Of a DNA stretch of 64,000 nt, positions 9,211 through 20,002 are shown piece after piece. The stretch's first letter is position 1, and each line of letters opens with the position of its first letter. The stretch lies in IMG/VR virus record IMGVR_UViG_3300021354_000007, positions 3,947 through 67,946 of that record; one strand, given 5' to 3'. The stretch comes from a virus. A program made the translations under genes and the position numbers. Under the pieces are notes generated by a model. The model had not been told where the DNA came from. It did not search any database and saw nothing but the letters and a program-made list of their open reading frames with translations.

Positions 9211-9235
9211 CAAAATTATATAATAGGACAATATT

Positions 9236-9643
9236 ATGAGAAATCCGGAGAATAATGTGTTTAAAACAGTAAAAGTGAATAAGGAAGAGTTGCTAAGTGT
9301 TGTGCGAGAAAATCTTGAAAAACATATTGCACAATTTGAAGAATCTAAAGAAGATTATCTAAAGGCATTAACTTGTGTATCTGAGCAAAATGTAAAGATT
9401 TCTAATAAAAGATTAAAACAATCTTTAACTGGTAAGATTGATGGTGAGTTATCTTGGAAACAATTGCCACCCGAACCCGTTTCATTTGAAGCAGAATATA
9501 ATAGGGCAATTCGCATGCTTGAAATGTCAGTAGAGACTGATTTAGATGTAGAAGCACAAGTGTTTAACCAATTAGCATTAGACGAGTGGTCTTGGAAAAA
9601 TCAATTTTTAAATGTGTCAACATTAGTTAAGGGTATGATATAA
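9236..9643 (+). CDS. Conserved phage hypothetical protein
   Basis: P...YNRAIRMLEMS...FNQLALDEWSWK; AGGA RBS. Confidence 0.7.
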   Translation: MRNPENNVFKTVKVNKEELLSVVRENLEKHIAQFEESKEDYLKALTCVSEQNVKISNKRLKQSLTGKIDGELSWKQLPPEPVSFEAEYNRAIRMLEMSVETDLDVEAQVFNQLALDEWSWKNQFLNVSTLVKGMI

Positions 9644-9915
9644 TGAGTGAAGTTACACCAATCCGCAAACAAGTATTGATTGCACAGATAGCAAGAAAAA
9701 CAGTATCTGCTGGTGGTATTATTATTGAAGGTGCGAGGTCTGTAGCAGACAATGAAACTGCAAGAGTATTGGCAATCGGTTCAGAAGTAACTGATGTTCA
9801 AGTTGGTGATGAAGTATTAGTAGATTGGGCAAAAGGTAGTCCAGTTACTATTGATGGGCAACAAAGAATTATTATCAAGGAAGAGTTCATTATTGTTGTA
9901 ATAGACAGAGATTAA
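9643..9915 (+). CDS. groES: GroES/Cpn10-like co-chaperonin
   Basis: PIRKQVLI...SAGGIII...VLAIGSEV..VQVGDEVL. Confidence 0.85.
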   Translation: MSEVTPIRKQVLIAQIARKTVSAGGIIIEGARSVADNETARVLAIGSEVTDVQVGDEVLVDWAKGSPVTIDGQQRIIIKEEFIIVVIDRD

Positions 9916-10200
9916 AATTATGTTAGGTTATATCGGAACAAAGATGATACAAGCAGGAATATTAATATCAGTAATAATATTATCACCTGTAATCATTTAT
10001 GCTTGTATCAAGGAAGAAATAGAATTTAGGAAAACACATTAACTAAGAGGTGGGTAAAATGAATGCAATTGGATATTTTTTGATAGCAGTAATGATTTTT
10101 GTGCTGATTCAAATGGAAATTGATTCTCAGAACCCATGTTCAAGTTTTTCTAAAAATCCTTCAGAGTGCAATTCCGATATGATTCGACAGTGAGGTTTAA

Positions 10201-10689
10201 GTGAAAGAGAGATGGATTATTAGTGATACGCATTTCGGGCATCAAAAATGTTGTGAATTTACTCATCATGATACTGGGGTTAAAACAAGACCTTGGACTG
10301 ATGTTGAAGAAATGAACGAAGATATGATTCGTATGTGGAATGAAGTTGTAAATCCAGGAGATCGAGTTTATCATCTTGGAGATGTTGCGATGCAAGCAAA
10401 ATATCTTCCCATTCTAGATAGATTGAATGGGAAGAAAGTATTAATAATGGGTAATCATGATATTTTTGGTGCAAAAACCTATCTAAAATACTTTGAAGAT
10501 ATTAGGGGTTATTCTGTTCACGATGGAGTTATAATGAGTCACGTACCCGTCGTTAAAGATAGATGGAAAATGAATATACATGGTCATTTACACACAAACG
10601 TGATTGACGATCCTTGGTATCAAAACGTATCGGTAGAACAGATTGGGTTCAAACCAATTTTATTAGAAGAGGTATTAAAAAGACTATGA
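10201..10689 (+). CDS. Calcineurin-like metallophosphoesterase
   Basis: SDTHFGH, YHLGD, GNHD, SH, HGHLH. Confidence 0.92.
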   Translation: MKERWIISDTHFGHQKCCEFTHHDTGVKTRPWTDVEEMNEDMIRMWNEVVNPGDRVYHLGDVAMQAKYLPILDRLNGKKVLIMGNHDIFGAKTYLKYFEDIRGYSVHDGVIMSHVPVVKDRWKMNIHGHLHTNVIDDPWYQNVSVEQIGFKPILLEEVLKRL

Positions 10690-10817
10690 GTAGTTGGGAA
10701 GGTGGTAAAGGTAGTAAACCAAGACCAGTATCAGACCGTAAAAAGTTTGAAGATAACTGGGATGCTATCTTCGGTAAGAAGAAAGAAAAAGAACCTAAAG
10801 AAGAACCTAAATTATGA
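10686..10817 (+). CDS. Small basic conserved phage protein
   Basis: GGKGSKPRP...FEDNWDAIFGKK; ATGA overlaps on both sides. Confidence 0.65.
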   Translation: MSSWEGGKGSKPRPVSDRKKFEDNWDAIFGKKKEKEPKEEPKL

Positions 10818-11125
10818 GACCAGAAACAGCATATCAAATAGTAAGAAATGGGATGAAGGTATTTTATTATTCTCGCGATACAATGCCTAAACATAGGTTA
10901 TTAGATAAAAGATTTGAACAAGCTGTAGATGTGTGTTTAAGAGTTGCTCAGCAGGATGAAGATCCTGAGTATAAGACTACTAATGCGTATTACGAGATTG
11001 ATGGTATAGATGATATTTTAGCAAATCTTCATTACATTTCTGATCGTTGGAATTGTGTTGGCAGATTGTTTTATTTGAAAGATGTAATTAACTATATGAG
11101 GAATGAAAATGGCAGTAGCAATTAA
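10814..11125 (+). CDS. Hypothetical protein
   Basis: Translationally coupled ORF. Confidence 0.55.
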   Translation: MRPETAYQIVRNGMKVFYYSRDTMPKHRLLDKRFEQAVDVCLRVAQQDEDPEYKTTNAYYEIDGIDDILANLHYISDRWNCVGRLFYLKDVINYMRNENGSSN

Positions 11126-11255
11126 AAAGTGTACTTGTAAAGAAGGTCAAGCAGCGAAATTCCAAGACAAAGAATATGGTCAAGGTAATAGGGTAATGAA
11201 TGAAGATGCCAAGAAAGGTTATAGTTGTTCAGTATGTGGATCTAAACACAAATAA
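11109..11255 (+). CDS. Small Cys-motif protein (not in the ORF track)
   Basis: MAVAIKKCTC...FQDKEYGQGNRVMN...CSVCGSKHK; GAGG RBS. Confidence 0.65.
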   Translation: MAVAIKKCTCKEGQAAKFQDKEYGQGNRVMNEDAKKGYSCSVCGSKHK

Positions 11256-11319
11256 AAAGCTTTACTTTTTTTAATTTATGGTGTAAAATAGATCATAAAT
11301 TATTAAAAGTGAGTATATT

Positions 11320-11598
11320 ATGTCAAAGATAGTCAAAACGAAGTTTCAGAAAATATCAGAATTCGGTGGTTGGGTCGGTATGATCCTGATCCAATCATCG
11401 ACCATCCCCGTTTCAATTAGCATTATCCGTGGTAATGTTGAACGAATCCCTCCAGTCGATATGACTTTAATGATTTGGGTAGGACTATTCCTATTCTTGA
11501 TCAGGTCTATTGCTAACAAAGATAACTTATACATTGTGTCTAATGCGATTGGGTTCTTTCTCCAAACAATTTTATTAATATTAATTGCATTCAGATGA
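11320..11598 (+). CDS. Three-TM membrane protein, SemiSWEET/PQ-loop-like
   Basis: Three hydrophobic helices with GW.G, P, G-L-L and D..YI.SN spacing; upstream GCTTTACT promoter box at about 11259. Confidence 0.55.
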   Translation: MSKIVKTKFQKISEFGGWVGMILIQSSTIPVSISIIRGNVERIPPVDMTLMIWVGLFLFLIRSIANKDNLYIVSNAIGFFLQTILLILIAFR

Positions 11599-11688
11599 TT
11601 GTTGTCATTTTGGAAATAGTAAATTTCTTAAATGACGCAAAATAAAGCTTTACTTATTTGTAAAATCCAGTATAATGAACTCATATTA
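11596..11688 (+). promoter_or_regulatory. Repeated early-promoter cassette, copy 3
   Basis: Identical 49-bp core at 11639-11687. Confidence 0.85.
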
Positions 11689-11707
11689 ATTAGTTATGGA
11701 GAAAAAC

Positions 11708-12007
11708 ATGAAATCAACTACCCCAATTCAAGACAAATTAGAATTAGCTTTCGGAATGTTAGCTGAAGTTCGTCTTTACAACCAAAAGAAAAATTATTTA
11801 GATTCAAACTCTGTTGCAGTTGAAGCAGCAAGAATCGAAAGATGTGTTGAACACTTCTACAAAGAAGAAAAACACGATCTTCAGTACCCTGAATATGCTT
11901 TACAGTTCATACAATTTAATTGCAAAGATATTCTTGGTACAACTTATGATGGCGATTGGTTAGATGGTATCAAAGACGTCGACTATGTGGATGGAGATGG
12001 AGAATAA
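11708..12007 (+). CDS. Early hypothetical protein
   Basis: GGAG RBS after the cassette. Confidence 0.6.
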   Translation: MKSTTPIQDKLELAFGMLAEVRLYNQKKNYLDSNSVAVEAARIERCVEHFYKEEKHDLQYPEYALQFIQFNCKDILGTTYDGDWLDGIKDVDYVDGDGE

Positions 12008-12008
12008 A

Positions 12009-12428
12009 ATGAAAATTAATAAAAGCAGTTGGCACTATAGATTGGTAAAACTAGGAGACCCTTGGGATATACCAGATGATTTATGTTCATACGTCAGGTT
12101 GCTAATTTGGAACATAATGGGAGTTTCATTCACCTTTGCACTGGGTATCTTTTTAGTAGTTGTTGGAATATGGTCTCCGATACATTTAGTATTATACGGT
12201 ATCCCAGACCAGCAATCCGCATTATATGGATTTTATATTATTGGTTCAATGGTTGATGTAGCGGTTTTAATTTGCATTATATTCTACATTATTGACTGGG
12301 TCAGAGAATATCTATTAGAGCATCGTGAAGTTAAACCTCCAAAACCTATCAAAGAACCATCTTTTATTAAAAAAGCATGGAAAGGTTTTAAAGAGAAAAC
12401 CTGTTATAAAATTGATTTTGAGGATTGA
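12009..12428 (+). CDS. Two-TM membrane protein
   Basis: MKINKSSWHYRL...LCSY, two TM helices, K.K.C C-terminus. Confidence 0.7.
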   Translation: MKINKSSWHYRLVKLGDPWDIPDDLCSYVRLLIWNIMGVSFTFALGIFLVVVGIWSPIHLVLYGIPDQQSALYGFYIIGSMVDVAVLICIIFYIIDWVREYLLEHREVKPPKPIKEPSFIKKAWKGFKEKTCYKIDFED

Positions 12429-12429
12429 T

Positions 12430-13479
12430 ATGAGAAAATTAGCAAGCGTACAAAAGATTATTGATATTAAACCAATTGAAGGTGCAGATTTAATCTGTGC
12501 GTATAAAGTATTGGGATGGTGGGTAGTTAGTAAAGTAGGTGAATTTAAAGTTGGTGATTATGTAATCTATTGTGAAATTGATTCTTGGATCCCAAATGCG
12601 ATTGCACCGTTCCTATCAAGAGGTAATGAACCGAGAGAATATGAAGGAGTTAAAGGTGAGAGATTAAGAACTGTGAAATTGAAAGGTGCCACTAGCCAAG
12701 GTTTGATTTTAAACGAGGATACACTTGACCAGTTCAACTTATGTTACTTGATAGAAACTGGAATCCTACCGTATAAAGAAGGTACTGATGTTACAGACTT
12801 ACTTGGTATATTAAAATGGGAACCTCAAATACCGGCGCAATTAGCAGGTCAAGTTAGAGGTACATTTCCATCTTTTATTAGTAAGACAGACCAAGAACGA
12901 ATCCAGAATTTACAATCAGAAATTACTGAAGAATATGGTAAACGTACCACTTTTGAAGTAACGGTTAAATTAGATGGTTCTTCATTTACTGCATATTATA
13001 ATGGTGATGACATTGGAGTATGTTCACGCAACCAAAGTTTGAAACTCGACCAAGAAGGCAATACCTTTGTTGATATAGCAAAGTCTACTGGTTTACTTAA
13101 TGCCTTACAAACTTATGGCAAAAATATCGCAGTACAAGGCGAGTTAATGGGTCCAGGTATCCAGGGTAACCGAGAGAAACTTAGCAAGCACGATTTGTTT
13201 ATCTTTGATATTTACGATATTGATAATGGCAGATATTATACAGCTAAAAGTAGAGAGGACATTATCGAAAGACTTAGAGATTTTGGATATACTGGTAGTG
13301 TCGTACCAGTGGTAAAACTAGCAACAGCATTGCCAACGGATAACATTGATGAATTACTTAAATTATCCGAAGGTCCATCCTTAAATCATTCTATTCGTGA
13401 GGGATTGGTATTTAAACGAAATGATGGTGAATTTTCTTTTAAAATTATTAACAACCAATTCTTATTGAAGGAAAAGTGA
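12430..13479 (+). CDS. RNA ligase, DRB0094/Rnl5-like, with N-terminal OB domain
   Basis: MRKLASVQKI..IKPIEGAD, KTDQERIQN, motif I KLDGSS, QGELMGPGIQGN, REGLVFK, SFKIINNQFLLK. Confidence 0.93.
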   Translation: MRKLASVQKIIDIKPIEGADLICAYKVLGWWVVSKVGEFKVGDYVIYCEIDSWIPNAIAPFLSRGNEPREYEGVKGERLRTVKLKGATSQGLILNEDTLDQFNLCYLIETGILPYKEGTDVTDLLGILKWEPQIPAQLAGQVRGTFPSFISKTDQERIQNLQSEITEEYGKRTTFEVTVKLDGSSFTAYYNGDDIGVCSRNQSLKLDQEGNTFVDIAKSTGLLNALQTYGKNIAVQGELMGPGIQGNREKLSKHDLFIFDIYDIDNGRYYTAKSREDIIERLRDFGYTGSVVPVVKLATALPTDNIDELLKLSEGPSLNHSIREGLVFKRNDGEFSFKIINNQFLLKEK

Positions 13480-14057
13480 TGCCTATACCAATAGATCCAA
13501 AAGTAATATTAGATATAAAAATAAAGATACAATCTAAATTGGCTTATGCTTCTAAGGCATACAAATATTATGAAGCGATTCCATGGGACAAAGCTTATAT
13601 TGCAGGGGGCGCAATAGCATCTATGATCCAAGGCGAAGAACCAAAGGATTATGATGTATATTTTATCGAAGAACCTATATTTAACATTATGCAAACAGTT
13701 AGGACCGTGTTGATTACTACTTATAAAGATGAGATTGAAGATGTTCAAGAACATTATCGTGAGTATATGGGTACAGATGGTAAAATGATTACAGAGAATG
13801 CTATTACCATGAAGGATGGTATATCATTTATATTCAAAAGTTATGGTGCACCTGAAGATATGAAAAAGTCATTTGATTATCTTCATTGTACACCACATTA
13901 CCATATAACGGAAAATAAATTATACATTAGTCCTACAGCGTACTGGGCATGTGTTGCAAAACTATTGATTATCAATAATCCATTCAAAATTGAACAATGG
14001 CGGACAGATAAGTTCTTGAAACGGGACTACAGAGAACATAAGATTAGTTCATTTTAA
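13479..14057 (+). CDS. Pol-beta-fold nucleotidyltransferase (CCA-adding/poly(A) polymerase head-like)
   Basis: YIAGGAIAS...PKDYDVYF; SFDYLHC. Confidence 0.75.
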   Translation: MPIPIDPKVILDIKIKIQSKLAYASKAYKYYEAIPWDKAYIAGGAIASMIQGEEPKDYDVYFIEEPIFNIMQTVRTVLITTYKDEIEDVQEHYREYMGTDGKMITENAITMKDGISFIFKSYGAPEDMKKSFDYLHCTPHYHITENKLYISPTAYWACVAKLLIINNPFKIEQWRTDKFLKRDYREHKISSF

Positions 14058-14160
14058 GAAACAGTCTATTTCCATTATAAAGTAAAATAAAGCTTTACTT
14101 ATTTGTAAAATCCAGTATAATGAACTCATATTGTTAATTATTGAGGAATTTTAAAATGAG
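14041..14160 (+). promoter_or_regulatory. Repeated early-promoter cassette, copy 4
   Basis: Core at 14084-14132; near-identical to copy 5 including the RBS and ATGAG. Confidence 0.85.
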
Positions 14161-17125
14161 TATAGCGAGTTATGTGTCTTTAGGAATAATCTTTGTTGGT
14201 TTCGGTGTTGTTTATTACATCCAATACAAATTGAAACAAATCTTAACTAATTATTATTTGGGTTTGGGAGAATAAAATGACTAGACAAGAACAATTTAGA
14301 GAAGAATTAAAAGCATTACTAGGCAAATATGATGTTGAGATATCACTTGAGCAAGTTGATTTTGATGTGAACGTAATAGAATTTTATTCTAAGCCAGAAT
14401 CTTATGAAGACAACGGAACTCCTATCGGTGATATTGATTTTCAATGCAGATGTTTTGATAAGGATGGAGAATAAAATGAATAGAATTGACGAAGACCTAT
14501 TAAAAAGACAAACTCGAGAAACTGTTGTAAGATTAAATGATGATTTATGTATTGATCAATCGGGTGATGATTATCACGTTATGGTATGGTGTGCTGGTGC
14601 TGGTGTTTGGATTTCTTATAATGTTTTTAAAAATTTAGAAGAAGCTGTGGCTTGGGCAAGTATTCCGGAGAATGTAGCATGAATGATTCATGGGCAATTA
14701 CTGAAGTTATAAAATATTATGAAGACGACGATTGTCCGTTCAGTTATACTGTCGCTGGATATTTAGATGCAAAAGCTGATATCAGCGAAGAGTGGAAAAA
14801 TCTTTTTATTGCATATAAAAATGGAGAATTTACTCCTGCTGATTGTAGATTTATGTTTAGTTTTTAAATTAAATGGAGAATATGGTGAATATGGTGAATA
14901 AAAAATTGTTAGTTTTATTAATTGATGTGATGTTGTTTATATTGCTGGCATCATTCCTGTGGTTTGTTTCTTCTTGGGTGATTTTGGTAATTGCAATACC
15001 AGTGCTGTTTTTAGTTGTTGACCATTACATTGTTATGCGTGGTTGTTATTTGGAGAACAAATGAAAAGATATAATGGAGCAAACGGTTACCCAGAAATGG
15101 TTGAGTCACCGAACGGTCATTGGGTAACATTCCACGACCACAATCTGGCTTTACTTGATGCAAACAAAAGTAAAGAACGCAAATGGGAAGACACTTGTAG
15201 GGTAGTTGATAATATCACAATAGAATATGAGGAACAGTTATCTAAACAACAAACTATTATTGTTGGTTTGTCTTCTGCATTATTCTTGATTGTAGGTGTG
15301 TTTATTCTGAACTGGATTTGATTATGATGTGGAACTCTTTTAGGTTTAAGACAGATGCTCAAATCAACATGATAATGTCTAAAGCATTTGCATCTGGTGA
15401 ATTGCTTCTTTACACTCAAACCAAAAAGAATTGAAAAGAAGAAACAACAAATTTAAGAAATGCTGAGGTGATGATGAGTAAAGAAAGAGAGTTATTGAAG
15501 GAAGCATTATATGTGATTGGAGAATATACAGAAGATGCACAAGAAAGAGCTGATATATTAATTACTAATATAAAAGAACTCCTAACCCAACCTGAGCAGA
15601 CTGAGCCAGATCCAGACATAGATTATATTGTAAAGGAAATCCACAAAAAATGTTTCCACCAGTCCTTAAATACTGCACCTGTTATAACAGTAAGAGATGC
15701 CTTATCTATTTTCAGGAAGCATCTTAAGAACAAAAGGACTCCTAAGGTGAAATCATTATTTACCCTGAAAGAATTAGACTCATTTGAAAAAGCAGTACAA
15801 CAATCCGAGAATTTAGGAAAAATGTATGATGAACTTTGACGGTATACCTCAATCCTTGGCAACAAAACCCAGACCAGCGTTTAATGGAGAAATTGATTGG
15901 TCACACCCTCAGTTACAATCTTTACTAAGTAATAATGCAAAACTAGAGTTATACCTGAAAATACTTGAGGATATATTAGATGACCCATATTATGAGCAAA
16001 GTATTGGGGATGCTGAACATTGGCAACCTATTCATGATAAAGCATTAAATCTGGTTCAATCACTGGATTATTCGGTGTCATGGTTACAGGATTTTGAAGA
16101 ATATTATTATGCTAAACACGGTAAAGAAAAAGCGCGACGCTCATCTTTAAAAACTTTATTTCTAACATTAAAACACAACTTGGAATAAACAATGAGCAAT
16201 AAAATATTTTTATCAAGAGAAGATTTGGATAAAATCCAAAATATATTACAACGAGTACTGGGTGACCAGGAAAAGACCTTGACATTAACGGAAGATAGAA
16301 TGGCAGGTATTGGTTCAGTGCTTACCCTATCATTTGATTATAATGTTGATGGGATCCCAGGAAAGTATTCTACTGAAATTTCAGGTGTGGAGGCTTGGTA
16401 ATGACTAATTCACCACAAGCTGTCTATGGTAAGTGGACGGGATATAATAATGTACCCATACCTGCCGTTGATGGAGTTAATATAACAAGTACACCTCAAG
16501 GCAACGATTATTTTAGTAATCAATACTTGAATGGGGATGGGATGAAACCAACTTTTAATAGTGTACCAATTTCCGGTGTAGGCATCGTATCAAATTTGGT
16601 TTTGCCTAGAATTGCATACGATGATATGGATGAGCAAGAAATAAAAAAGATATTGGTTCACGATTTAGCTGAAAAGATATATAAGTTTGGTTATGTCGAG
16701 TTCACTAGAGTACCAGACCATAGAGGTGATATGGTATTAAGAGGAAGAATATTCGTTACGCCTAATGCCAAAGTGACATTGCTAAGGACAATTAATCCAG
16801 ATTTATTCAAATAGGAGAACCATGAAAACATATCGGGCACGTGACCTTCATAAAGGTCATGTTATTATCAAAGAAAATGAACAATTAGTAGTTGATAGAG
16901 TAGATATAACAAGACGCGGTAATATACTTGTATGGATCAATAACAGAATTAACGAAGTGCTAACGTATGATCCAATGGATGTGGTGATATTAAAATGAAA
17001 CTTAAAAAATTGATGAAGAAAATGTATAAAGCGTGCTTGGAGCACGATAAAGTAAAAGAAAAGAAATTATGGTTAAAGGCATTGAAAAAGTCGTTAAAGG
17101 GTAAACCAACTCACCGTATTAAATA
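14156..17125 (+). other. Cluster of small early hypothetical ORFs (e.g. 14277-14474, 14476-14682, 14679-14867, 14873-15064, 15061-15321, 15468-15839, 15826-16188, 16192-16401, 16401-16814)
   Basis: Tightly packed, co-oriented, RBS-bearing short ORFs with no recognisable domains. Confidence 0.65.
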
Positions 17126-17244
17126 GATTAGTATCGTTTCAGGAAACAGTCTATTTCCATTATAAAGTAAAATAAAGCTTTACTTATTTGTAAAATCCAG
17201 TATAATGAACTCATATTGTTAATTATGAGGAATTTTGAAATGAG
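17124..17244 (+). promoter_or_regulatory. Repeated early-promoter cassette, copy 5
   Basis: Core at 17169-17217. Confidence 0.85.
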
Positions 17245-19200
17245 AGATTATAAACCGAAAGAATTTAAACCATTTGAAGAGAAATTATGGATGATGGTTC
17301 TTCTTCATATAGTCTTAGGTGCATTATTTGTGTGGGGGTTATTGACATGACAACAGTAGCAGAATTGATTGAATATCTACAAACTTTGAGACCTGAGACA
17401 AGTGTAATGGTGTTAGTTGGAGAGAACGACCATTATTTAGATTATACAACATGGGAATCTTTGATACTCCCCGAAATAGAAGAAAGTGGTGCATATAGGG
17501 ATTATTCTGATACAATTGATTATTGTAGTCGAGATGAACCAGTAATTTGGATAGGGAGACAATAATGACAATACTCCGCATTCAACCAATTTACTATAAA
17601 AAGTCTGATTATGTAGGATTGGAGAATATTTCCGAGGAAATTTATGATACAATAGCACGATACGTCAATGACCACAATAAATTCGGTCATAGTTTTGATA
17701 TGCAAGATATCGAAGAGGGTGAATTTATAGTAACGATTGATTGGAGAAGTAAGTATGAATGAAAAGATTAAAGATGTTTATATAAAATTTCACACTAAAA
17801 GAAGACTTTTCATCGAAGAAGAAACTGAGAAAGTATTTCAAGAAATGGTTGCAGACAATTGGTCTGATTCGCCAACCACTAGAAAGGAAGCATTATTTGT
17901 AGTAATGAGTAAACGAAATGAGCAAACGGATTTTGAAGAATTTGCTGAGTTGATTATTAAGGAACATCTTTTGGTATGGAACCGAATGTATAACGGTAAT
18001 AAAGTCGAAGGCTACGTTGAGATGGAAGATTATCCTAGAGCTATTTTAAAATACTTTGGAATTACTAGGAGTACAAAATGAACGATAGAATATTAGCACT
18101 TGCTGAAAAGTGTTACACAACAAAATATAACCCATTCGGTGCTGATGAAGAATTATTTGATGCAGTAAAGTTTGCTAACCTGCTATTACAAGACGTATAT
18201 GATATACTATCGTCTTATCACGGTAAGGTTGAATTTGTTGATTTAGAACATCCAGAAGTACATCCTATTACACGATTGAAAAAACATTTAGGAGATAAGA
18301 ATGAATAAAGATTTAGATTTAGGTGAATTGTATAAGGAGCATAAAGTTGGAGCATCGGGACTTTCAAATGAAGACATAATTAATGACTTCTTTTTAGAAG
18401 AAAATCTTGCATCTATGAAAGCAGACACAATAAACCTTGAATTAAACCATGAGCAGTCCTTATTATTGAATGTCGAACTATTGGGTATCATTTCAGACCT
18501 TAACTTTTATCTTGACAATGTGAATCTAGGTGTGGTAACTGATGTACAAATTATTAAAGACATAAAACAACTCATAGAGGATAAATAATGAGAGAGAAAA
18601 TATTAATTACTCTTTGGTGTGCTAATGCATTTGCTATTACTACATTAGCAGTTCTAATAATTAACTGGCTAAGATCGTGATAAAAATATTATTGCTGTTG
18701 ATATCTTTACCTGTTTCTGCTCACGTATATTATCAACCTTGGACACCACGAGCAGAAGCATTTTTGCCCAACACTGCTGATAGAGCATTTGGCAAATATA
18801 GATATGATCTTCCTAGTATAATATACTTTCCTCAGAATTATTATGAGGTTCATATATATGGTGACTATAGAACAGAAACGGTGTACGATGTGCACTGCAG
18901 TTGTTACAAAACGATTATTATTAGGGAATAATAATGGCATATACAAGATGGATAGATAGTAACTGGTATTCCTTTTATAACGCTAAACCAGAAAGTGATA
19001 AGAAAGAAGAGCAATCTTTATCATTGTGGCATATTAGCGAAACCAAGACATTTACATATAAAGAATTGCAAAGTATGGGTGAAGGTAAACTTAGGTCTTT
19101 ATACCCAGAAGCAGACGACGAAGACATTAAAGAAGTATTGGACATAATTAGTAGATTTAAAAAAGATGTTAATGATGATTTCGAGGATGATTTAAAGTGA
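17240..19200 (+). other. Cluster of small early hypothetical ORFs (e.g. 17347-17565, 17565-17762, 17755-18081, 18078-18308, 18301-18588, 18677-18931, 18934-19200)
   Basis: Packed co-oriented ORFs; 17755 and 18078 share MN(E/D)(K/R)I and (E/K)FA(E/N)L motifs. Confidence 0.65.
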
Positions 19201-19866
19201 TAATTTCCATCCTCTATGAGTATGTTGTCTGCCACTAATTATACTACGTACACCATCACTGCTTAGATTATAAAACATATAAAAATCAAATCTAGTTCCA
19301 GTAAAGGTTTCGTTGATGTGAGTGTTAACAAAATGATATATCGTGCGATCGTATCTAGGATTATTTTTACCCGAATTGTCTTTACATTTCATTTTACTTC
19401 TTCTCACGTCTTTTAGTTGGTCAGATTTCTCCTTACCATATAAATCTTCATATGACTTACCTTTAAATCTTAATATAGCTCTTACTGCAGTAGCTTTTTT
19501 AACGACATTTGTATGGGTTTTGCCAAACATGCCATTTTTATCACCAATCATAGCACTTCCTCCATCTAAACCATTTTCTAGAACTAGATTTGCCCATGCA
19601 CTAGATTCTACTATATTATTTTCTATAGAAAAATGCATGGCATGTTCAACTATGGAAGTATCGTGATATAACTCAGATACCCAAAGAGTTTCAACGTATC
19701 CTCTACCGTGAACTTTGATGTGATTTACCCAGCGCGTTCCAGAACCTTTATAACTATAAGGATCCTTCTTAGTAGTTTTGCCAAAATACATCAATCCAGT
19801 AATTGAATGTTTTTTGATGTAGAGATATGTTGGTTTGATTGGGACATAAATATTATTGCTAGTCAT
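19192..19866 (-). CDS. Free-standing GIY-YIG-type (Seg-like) homing endonuclease
   Basis: PTYLYIKKHSITGLMYFGKT, YKGSG, WANL..ENGLDGG, NGMFGKTH (NUMOD3-like); ATG at 19866 with AGGAG RBS. Confidence 0.85.
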   Translation of the reverse strand: MTSNNIYVPIKPTYLYIKKHSITGLMYFGKTTKKDPYSYKGSGTRWVNHIKVHGRGYVETLWVSELYHDTSIVEHAMHFSIENNIVESSAWANLVLENGLDGGSAMIGDKNGMFGKTHTNVVKKATAVRAILRFKGKSYEDLYGKEKSDQLKDVRRSKMKCKDNSGKNNPRYDRTIYHFVNTHINETFTGTRFDFYMFYNLSSDGVRSIISGRQHTHRGWKLSL

Positions 19867-19935
19867 TATAGACTCCTGTTTATTGTAAGAATGATTAGAG
19901 TTACTGGGACTGCCATCCGCGAGTAACACCTATTT
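19864..19935 (-). promoter_or_regulatory. Conserved structured leader of homing endonuclease gene 1
   Basis: GUUACU/AGUAAC stem, GGAU-GGCA-GUCC cap, then ACUCUAAUCAUUCU shared with the leader at 23668-23747. Confidence 0.7.
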
Positions 19936-20002
19936 GCTTTTTATACTATTTTAATGTATAATATATATTTATATAAATAAAATTTTACCTTAAGGATTTA
20001 TC

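Noticed and set aside
10150-10200. tRNA/tmRNA-like fragment (GTGCAATTCC, GATTCGAC)
   Set aside because: No cloverleaf or consistent stems could be built.
19867-19929. N-terminal extension of endonuclease 1 as given in the ORF track
   Set aside because: It runs through the conserved RNA leader; the AGGAG RBS and the parallel with endonuclease 2 place the start at 19866.
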